DNA from: Thermoplasmata archaeon
GTDB taxonomy: Archaea; Thermoplasmatota; E2; JACPAO01; JAHFTW01
Direction of reading: 5' to 3'
Length of the DNA stretch: 64,000 nt
Assembly: GCA_034667725.1 (NCBI GenBank)
Contig: JAXDQS010000010.1
Coordinates: 384,001 to 448,000, forward strand
The position numbers and the translations under genes were made by a program. Numbering within the stretch: the first letter of the stretch is position 1; each line of letters begins with the position of its first letter. Shown here one piece after another: positions 58,043-64,000 of the stretch. The notes under the pieces are model-generated. The model was not told the DNA's origin. It did not search any database and saw nothing but the letters and a program-made list of their open reading frames with translations.

Positions 58043-58833
58043 CCGTCGGCCAGGCGCACGGCGCCGTCAGCCTCCTCAACGGCACGCTGTGCGGCACCGG
58101 CTGCAGCCTCGCCGTCGAGGGCGGCGTCGAGGCCGACTGGCGCTGGCGCCCCGGCGACGGACTGGAGCACCACGGCGGCCCCGACGACCTGGTGGTGCGC
58201 GCCGTCCACAAGTTCCTCGGCCGCCCCGACGGCGCCACCGTCACCACCCGCTCCGACTGGCCCGCCGCCCGCGGCCTCAAGACCTCCAGCGCCGCCGCCG
58301 CGGCCCTGCTGCGCGCCGCCAGCGACCTGGAAGGCCAGGCCCTCGTGGACGCCGCCGTCTGGTGCAGCCGCGCCGCCGGCGTCACCCTCACCGGCGCCTG
58401 GGACGACCAGTGGGCCGTCACCATGCCGGGCGCGCACCTCGTGGACAACGACCACGGCCACGCCATCGCCGTCCTCGCCGTCGCCCCCTTGCCGGTCGCG
58501 GTCTGGGTGCCGGACGCCGCCATCCCGAAGCCGAAGGCCGCCACCGTCCCGGTCCCCGCGTCCGCCAAGGCCGAGGCGCGCGCCATCTCCGAGCTCATCC
58601 GCGACGCCGACATCATGGCGGCGATGCAGCGCAACGGCCGCCTGGTGCACAAGCTGTACGCCGCCGCCGGCCTGCCCGTCACCGACAAGCCGGCGCGGGT
58701 CGCCATGGACGCCGGCGCGCTGGCCGCCAGCATCACCGGCACGGGCCCTGCGGTCGCCGCGCTGTTCGAGGCGCCGGTGCCGCTGCCCGAGGTCGCGGGC
58801 GGCGCGTGGCGGTGGACGCGGGTGGTCGCGTGA
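58039..58833 (+). CDS. aroK: Archaeal (GHMP-family) shikimate kinase
   Basis: GAVSLLN, GLKTSSAAA, GVTLTGAWDD, TGTGPA. Confidence 0.88.
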   Translation: MTVGQAHGAVSLLNGTLCGTGCSLAVEGGVEADWRWRPGDGLEHHGGPDDLVVRAVHKFLGRPDGATVTTRSDWPAARGLKTSSAAAAALLRAASDLEGQALVDAAVWCSRAAGVTLTGAWDDQWAVTMPGAHLVDNDHGHAIAVLAVAPLPVAVWVPDAAIPKPKAATVPVPASAKAEARAISELIRDADIMAAMQRNGRLVHKLYAAAGLPVTDKPARVAMDAGALAASITGTGPAVAALFEAPVPLPEVAGGAWRWTRVVA

Positions 58834-59999
58834 TCCGGGTCGCGGCCCCGCCCTCGAAGTCGTTCACCCACCGCGCCTACCTCCTGGCCGCCCAGTCGGA
58901 CCAGCCCTGCACCGTGCTGCGCCCGCTGCGCGCCGGCCACACCGATGGCACCCTGCGCGCCCTCGCCCAGATGGGCGCGCGCTTCGAGGCCGCCCCGGAC
59001 GCGGTGCGCTTCCTGCCCGCCTCGCTGCGGCCCCCGCCCGGCGCCGTCCAGTGCGGCGCGTCCGCCAGCACGATGCGCCTCGTGGCCGCCGCCGCGGCCC
59101 GCTTCCCGGTCGCCACCGTCCTCGACGGCGACGCCGCGCTGCGCGCCCGCCCGCAAGCCGACCTGGTGACGGCGCTGCGAGCGCTCGGCGTCCGCGCCGA
59201 CGCGGGGCCGCTGCGAGTGCAAGGCCCGCTCTTGGGAGGCAGCGTCGCCATCCCGCCGGGCGCCAGCAGCCAGGTCGCCTCCGGGCTGCTGCTGGCGCTC
59301 GCGCAGGCGCCCGGCCCCAGCCGCCTCGCCGCCCGCGCGCCGGTCGCGTCGCGCCCGTACCTCGACGTCACCCTCGCCTGCATGGCGGCCTTCGGGCTCA
59401 CGGCGCGCGCCGCCGACACCGCGGGCGCCTGGGTCGCGGACCTGCCGGGCGGCGAAGGGCCGCGCTGCGCCCGCTTCGAGGTCGAGGGCGACTGGTCCGC
59501 CGCCGCGATGCTGCTGTGCGCCGCCGCCATCCAGGGCGAGCGCATCGAGGTCGCGGGCGTGCGCCCCGACTCCGTGCAAGGCGACCGCGCCATCGTCGAG
59601 CTGTTGGCCCGCTTCGGCACGCCCGGCGCGCTGGAGTCGCCCGGAGCCATCGATGTCGCCGCGGTGCCCGACCTGTTCCCGCCGCTGGCCGCCGTCGCCG
59701 CCCACGCCCGCGGCACCACGACCTTCACCGGCGGCGCGGCGCTCCGGGCCAAGGAGTCCGACCGCATCGCTGCCATGGCCGACGGCCTGCGCGCCCTCGG
59801 CGCCGAAGTCCAGGAGCGCCCCGACGGCCTCGTGGTGCGTGGGGGCGCCCCGCTTCGCCTCGCCGCCGTCGCAAGCCGCGGCGACCACCGCGTCCACATG
59901 GCGCTCGCGATCGCGGGCGGCCGCCCCGACGGCGACGCCGGCGCCAGCTTCCCCGGTTTCGCGCACGCCTTGGCGGCGCTGCGGCAGAGGGCGGCATGA
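58830..59999 (+). CDS. aroA: EPSP synthase
   Basis: PPSKSFTHRA, SSQVASGLL, SRPYLDVT, EGDWSAA, LRAKESDRI, DHRVHMA. Confidence 0.93.
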   Translation: MIRVAAPPSKSFTHRAYLLAAQSDQPCTVLRPLRAGHTDGTLRALAQMGARFEAAPDAVRFLPASLRPPPGAVQCGASASTMRLVAAAAARFPVATVLDGDAALRARPQADLVTALRALGVRADAGPLRVQGPLLGGSVAIPPGASSQVASGLLLALAQAPGPSRLAARAPVASRPYLDVTLACMAAFGLTARAADTAGAWVADLPGGEGPRCARFEVEGDWSAAAMLLCAAAIQGERIEVAGVRPDSVQGDRAIVELLARFGTPGALESPGAIDVAAVPDLFPPLAAVAAHARGTTTFTGGAALRAKESDRIAAMADGLRALGAEVQERPDGLVVRGGAPLRLAAVASRGDHRVHMALAIAGGRPDGDAGASFPGFAHALAALRQRAA

Positions 60000-60994
60000 A
60001 CACCTTCGGCCTCGCCCTGCGCGTCAGCCTGTGGGGCGAGTCGCACGGCCCCGCCGTCGGCGCCCTGCTGGACGGCCTGCCCGCCGGCCTCCCCGTGGAC
60101 GCGGCCGCCATCGCCGCCGCCATGGCCGAGCGCCGCCCAGGCCCCGACGGCGGCCCCGTGTCGCAGCGCCGCGAGCCGGATGCGGTGGCGATCGAGAGCG
60201 GCGTCCACGCCGGCCGCACCACCGGCCACCCGGTGCTGCTGCGCATCGCCAACGCCGACGCCCGCCCGCAGGACTACGCCTTCCCCGGCCCGCGCCCCGG
60301 CCACGCCGACTTCCCCGAGTCGGTGCGCACCGGCGTCGTGCAGCCGGGCGGCGGCCACCAGTCGGGCCGCCTCACCGCGCCGCTCGTGGCCGCCGGCGCG
60401 CTGGTGGCGCCGCTGCTCGCGCGCCACGGCGTCACGGTCGCGGCGCGCCTCCAGCAGGTTGGCGAGGTCTGCGACGACCTTGCCGCCATGAGAGCCCGCG
60501 TCGAGGCGGCCCGCCGCGCCGGCGACTCGGTCGGCGGCATCGTCGCGTTCGTCGCCGAGGGCTTGCCGGTCGGCCTGGGCGAGCCGCACTTGGCAGGCCT
60601 GGAGCCGCACCTCGGCCACCTGCTGCTCGCCGTCCCGGGCGTCAAGGGTGTCGAGTTCGGCCACGGCTTCGCGGCCGCCGCCATGGCCGGCTCCGCGCAC
60701 AACGACCCCTACGAGCCGGCCGCGGGCGGGGCGCGCCCGGCGAGCAACCACGCCGGCGGCGCCCTGGGCGGCCGCGCGACGGGGCTGCCGTTCACCGGGC
60801 GGGTCGCGTTCAAGCCCGCCAGCTCGATCGCCTTGCCGCAGCGCACGGTGGACGCCGCCGGCCAGCCAGCCGAGATCCAAGTCGGCGGGCGGCACGACCC
60901 CTGCATCGCGGTGCGGGGCACGCCCGTCGTCGCCGCCTGCGTCCGCCTCGCCGTGGCGGACCTGCTCCTGGCAAGGACCGATACCCTCCTGTAG
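59996..60994 (+). CDS. aroC: Chorismate synthase
   Basis: GESHG, PRPGHAD, SGRLTA, GDSVGG, SNHAGGALGG, GRHDPC. Confidence 0.95.
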   Translation: MNTFGLALRVSLWGESHGPAVGALLDGLPAGLPVDAAAIAAAMAERRPGPDGGPVSQRREPDAVAIESGVHAGRTTGHPVLLRIANADARPQDYAFPGPRPGHADFPESVRTGVVQPGGGHQSGRLTAPLVAAGALVAPLLARHGVTVAARLQQVGEVCDDLAAMRARVEAARRAGDSVGGIVAFVAEGLPVGLGEPHLAGLEPHLGHLLLAVPGVKGVEFGHGFAAAAMAGSAHNDPYEPAAGGARPASNHAGGALGGRATGLPFTGRVAFKPASSIALPQRTVDAAGQPAEIQVGGRHDPCIAVRGTPVVAACVRLAVADLLLARTDTLL

Positions 60995-61014
60995 GCGCTT
61001 TCAGTCCCCCGGGC

Positions 61015-61704
61015 ATGGAGATCGCAGCCTTGGTCGAACTGTCGGGCGGGCGCCTGCCCGACGGCGACCGGCCCGAGGCCGCCGCCGAGGCGGCCCGCGC
61101 GGCGGGCGCAGGCTGGCTGCACGTCGTCGACGTCGACGCCGCCCAAGGCCTCCGCAACCAGTGGCTCGCCATCGGCCGCCTGCAGGCCGGCCCCCGCCTC
61201 CAGTTCGGCGGCGGCGTCCGGAGCATGACGCAGGTCCAGCAGTTGCGGGACCTCGGCGTCGAGCGCGTGCTGGTGTCCACCCAGGCCGTCCGCAACCCGC
61301 TCTGGGTCCGCGAGCTGTGCCGCCTGTTCACCGGCCACGTCGTGCTCGGCCTCGACGTCCAGCAGGGCGAGGTCGTCACCGACGGCCGCCGCACCCCGCA
61401 TGGCCAGGACGCCCTGGAGGTCGCCGCCAGCCTCGACGACGCCGGCCTCGCCGCCTTCGTGCTGACCGACCCCGACGGCACCCCGACCGCCGAGGAGCTG
61501 GTCGCGTTCCGCCACGCCGCCCCGCTCACGCCGCTGTGGGTGGTGGCGCGCGACCCCGACGCCGCCGACCTGGCGGCACTCGCCGAGGCCGGGGTCGCCG
61601 GCCTCATCGTCGCCGGCGCCGGCCTGGAGGCCGCCGCCCAAGCCCACCCCGCCGCCCCGCGGGCCGGCCTGGTGCGGGTGCTGCGCGGCCACGACGAGGA
61701 ATAG
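61015..61704 (+). CDS. Divergent HisA-like TIM-barrel protein
   Basis: WLHVVDVDAA, LQFGGGVRS, VLGLD, TDPDGT; N- and C-terminal motifs degenerate. Confidence 0.7.
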   Translation: MEIAALVELSGGRLPDGDRPEAAAEAARAAGAGWLHVVDVDAAQGLRNQWLAIGRLQAGPRLQFGGGVRSMTQVQQLRDLGVERVLVSTQAVRNPLWVRELCRLFTGHVVLGLDVQQGEVVTDGRRTPHGQDALEVAASLDDAGLAAFVLTDPDGTPTAEELVAFRHAAPLTPLWVVARDPDAADLAALAEAGVAGLIVAGAGLEAAAQAHPAAPRAGLVRVLRGHDEE

Positions 61705-61738
61705 CCTCAAACCGCGCCGCCTCCTGCGGCGGGCCGGG

Positions 61739-62896
61739 ATGAAGGGCCGCAAGAAGGGCAAGGCGAAGGGCAAGCCCGGCGCGCCGCCGCCCGTCCACAA
61801 GTTCCCGGGCCGCCGCGCCGCCAGCCGCGCCGAGCCGGAGGACGACGCGCCGAAGGCCGCCGCGGTCCACAAGTTCAGCGGCAAGCGCCGCGACGCCGAA
61901 CCGGCCGCGAAGCCCCCGGCGCCCAAGGGCATGGCCGCGCGCCTGGCCGCCATGGCCGCCGCCAGCGCCGAGATGGACGCCGAGCCCGACGTCAAGTCCA
62001 AGGCCGCCGGCTCCGCGCCCGCCAACCCGAAGGGCGGCGTCGCGTGGGAGGACTTCGAGGACGACGACGCCCCCGCCGCTCCCCCGCCCGCGAAGGCCGC
62101 AGCCGAGCCGGCGATGGAGTTCGCCGCCCCGCCCGCGGGCCCGCCCAAGGCCGTCGACGAAGGCGTGCAGGTGGTCGCCAAGGGCGCCTCCAAGTTCAGC
62201 GCCGCCGACCTCGAGCTGCTGCGCTCCGCCATCAAGGTCAAGGGTGCTGCCAGCGTCATCGAGGGCGTCAACCTCGACGAGCTCAAATGGGACGACGAAG
62301 GCCTCGTGCCGGTCGTCACCCAGGACCGCCGCACCGGCGCGGTGCTGATGCTGGCCCACGCCAACCGCGAGACGCTGGAGCAGACGCTGCGCACCAAGAC
62401 CGCCACCTACTGGAGTCGCCCGCGCGGCAAGGCCTGGACCCCCGGCGAAGGCGAGGGGCACGCCCAGCGCGTCGTCCGCCTCTCGGTGGACTGCGACAAG
62501 GACGCGATCCTGCTGCTGGTGGACCACGACGGCCCCGCCTGCCACCGCGACACCGGCACCTGCTGGAGCGAAGGCCGCGAGGTCCCGCCCGCCACCTTCC
62601 TCGGCGAGCTCGACCGCATCGTGCGCGACCGCGCCAAGCACCCCCGGCCCGACAGCGCCACCAACAAGCTGCTGGCCGAGCCCATCCAGGCGCTGCGCCG
62701 CTTCGTCGAGGAGGCCAACGAGGTCACCCGCAACATCCAGGGCAAGGCCACCAACGAGTCCTTGGAGCACGCCGTCGGCGACCTGCTCTACCACCTGCTC
62801 GTCGTCCTGCGGACCAAGGGCGTCGGCCTCGGCGAGGTCCTCACCGAGCTGCAGGCGCGGCACCTGGCGATGGAGATGCAGAAGGCGAAGTCCTAG
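61739..62896 (+). CDS. hisIE: HisIE-like protein with long low-complexity N-terminal extension
   Basis: GLVPVVTQD, VLMLA, DCDKD, GPACH...C, EEANEV, DLLYHLLV. Confidence 0.8.
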   Translation: MKGRKKGKAKGKPGAPPPVHKFPGRRAASRAEPEDDAPKAAAVHKFSGKRRDAEPAAKPPAPKGMAARLAAMAAASAEMDAEPDVKSKAAGSAPANPKGGVAWEDFEDDDAPAAPPPAKAAAEPAMEFAAPPAGPPKAVDEGVQVVAKGASKFSAADLELLRSAIKVKGAASVIEGVNLDELKWDDEGLVPVVTQDRRTGAVLMLAHANRETLEQTLRTKTATYWSRPRGKAWTPGEGEGHAQRVVRLSVDCDKDAILLLVDHDGPACHRDTGTCWSEGREVPPATFLGELDRIVRDRAKHPRPDSATNKLLAEPIQALRRFVEEANEVTRNIQGKATNESLEHAVGDLLYHLLVVLRTKGVGLGEVLTELQARHLAMEMQKAKS

Positions 62897-62913
62897 GCGC
62901 GCCGCGCCAGGAC

Positions 62914-62975
62914 GACCACGGATTTCACGGATTGCACGGAACCAAGTTTCCGTGGCATCCGTGCAATCCGTGGTC
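62914..62975. repeat. Second copy of the CACGGATT palindromic element
   Basis: GACCACGGATTTCACGGATTGCACGGA...TCCGTGGCATCCGTGCAATCCGTGGTC, abutting the stop of the 62974-63372 gene. Confidence 0.88.
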
Positions 62976-63372
62976 AGGTCGGCGGGCGTTGCGCCCCGAC
63001 CTCGTCCTCGGCCCGCGCCGCCTCCAGCACCTGCTTGCCGAAGACCAGGCCCAAGGCACCGAACGCGATCGACAGCACGAAGCTCACGACCGCCATGGCG
63101 CCGAGGTACATGCTGGTGGGGTGCAGGAAGACGTTGCACGACAAGGTGCGCGTCCCCGTGACGTTGGAGGAGGCGTCGAGCTGGTCCACGCAGCCCGTGT
63201 TGCCGGTGGCGCCGCCGTAGAGCAGCCAGATCCCCAGCAGCACGACGCAGCCGAAGAACAGCTTGTTCATCCAGATGGCGCCGGTGCGGCAGGCCCGGTA
63301 CGGCAGCCCCTCGCGCACGATGAAGCGGGACTCCTGCAGGACCTCGGGCTTGTCGCTCAACGGCCGGGCCAC
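62974..63372 (-). CDS. Two-TM membrane protein with Cys-pair loop
   Basis: Two hydrophobic helices flanking a C...C loop. Confidence 0.65.
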   Translation of the reverse strand: MARPLSDKPEVLQESRFIVREGLPYRACRTGAIWMNKLFFGCVVLLGIWLLYGGATGNTGCVDQLDASSNVTGTRTLSCNVFLHPTSMYLGAMAVVSFVLSIAFGALGLVFGKQVLEAARAEDEVGAQRPPT

Positions 63373-63411
63373 GCCGCGGGTCCTTTAGGGTGTTGCCGCC
63401 ATGCAAGCGGC

Positions 63412-64000
63412 GTGCCCAAGCCGCGGCGGCCCGTCCTGCTGGTGCACGGGATCCTGGGCCAACGGGCCCTGTACTGGAACGTGTTCCGGCACCGCCTGGA
63501 GCACGACGGCTTCGTGGTGGAGGAGGTCACGTTCCCGGGCTACCTGCTGGGCGACCTGCGGCGCGCCGCGGAGGTGCTGCAGGAGGAGGTCGAGACGATG
63601 GCCCGCACCGGCCACCCCGAGGTGGACCTGGTGTGCCACAGCGCCGGCGGGCTGGTGGCGCGCCACTACGTCCAGCAGATGGGCGGCGACGCGCACGTGC
63701 GCCACGTCGTGATGCTGGGGACGCCGCACCGCGGCACCTACTTTGCCTACGCCATGGGGATTCCCGTCGGCCTGGCGGCGCAGGCGCGGCCCGGCTCCAC
63801 CGTGCTGGCCTCGCTGGACGCGGCGCCGTGGCCGAAGCAGGTGCGCGCCACCAACTTCTGGAGCCCCGTGGACGGCATCGTCATCCCTGGCGAGCGCAGC
63901 TTCTGGCAGCACGCCGACAACGTCAAGGTCTGGACGCACCACTGGGCCTACCTCGTGAGCCGACGGGTCTACGACCAGGTCAAGCAGGCGCTGCTGCGGC
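63412..64000 (+). CDS. Alpha/beta-hydrolase lipase/esterase (runs off window end)
   Basis: Own translation: PVLLVHGILG, VDLVCHSAGGLVAR, LGTPHRGT, DGIVIP. Confidence 0.88.
   Translation, partial: MPKPRRPVLLVHGILGQRALYWNVFRHRLEHDGFVVEEVTFPGYLLGDLRRAAEVLQEEVETMARTGHPEVDLVCHSAGGLVARHYVQQMGGDAHVRHVVMLGTPHRGTYFAYAMGIPVGLAAQARPGSTVLASLDAAPWPKQVRATNFWSPVDGIVIPGERSFWQHADNVKVWTHHWAYLVSRRVYDQVKQALLR

Overview
A high-GC archaeal chromosomal segment. Archaeal markers include ATP-dependent DNA ligase, aCPSF1/FttA next to proteasome beta, UPF0179, archaeal thiolase with a DUF35-type partner, the aroA'/aroB' route to dehydroquinate, GHMP shikimate kinase and a TrpY-like regulator. The proteins are not strongly acidic, so a high-GC Thermoplasmatota lineage is more likely than Halobacteria (inference). 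Housekeeping and metabolic genes include lig, purH, serS, a complete chorismate operon, a split fixCX/etfBA system, hmgA, ferritin, czcD, an ars cluster and three histidine kinases. Interspersed are A/T-richer cassettes encoding a secreted protein plus a membrane-anchored partner. The most unusual signal is non-coding. At two unrelated genes (aCPSF1 and an HxlR regulator) the last 7-9 codons plus stop are duplicated downstream with only synonymous changes, and the copies bracket a shared small hairpin element built from GNA-triloop/tandem-GA stems. Other highlights: a candidate beta-pore-forming toxin with a lipoprotein partner, a signal-peptide/TM/double-wHTH regulator cassette, two ArsC paralogues with Cys->Asp at the nucleophile, variant TRP boxes before the aro operon, and an EtfA-ferredoxin fusion. 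No rRNA, tRNA, CRISPR array, transposase or integrase was recognised. All calls come from reading motifs by eye; no searches were run.
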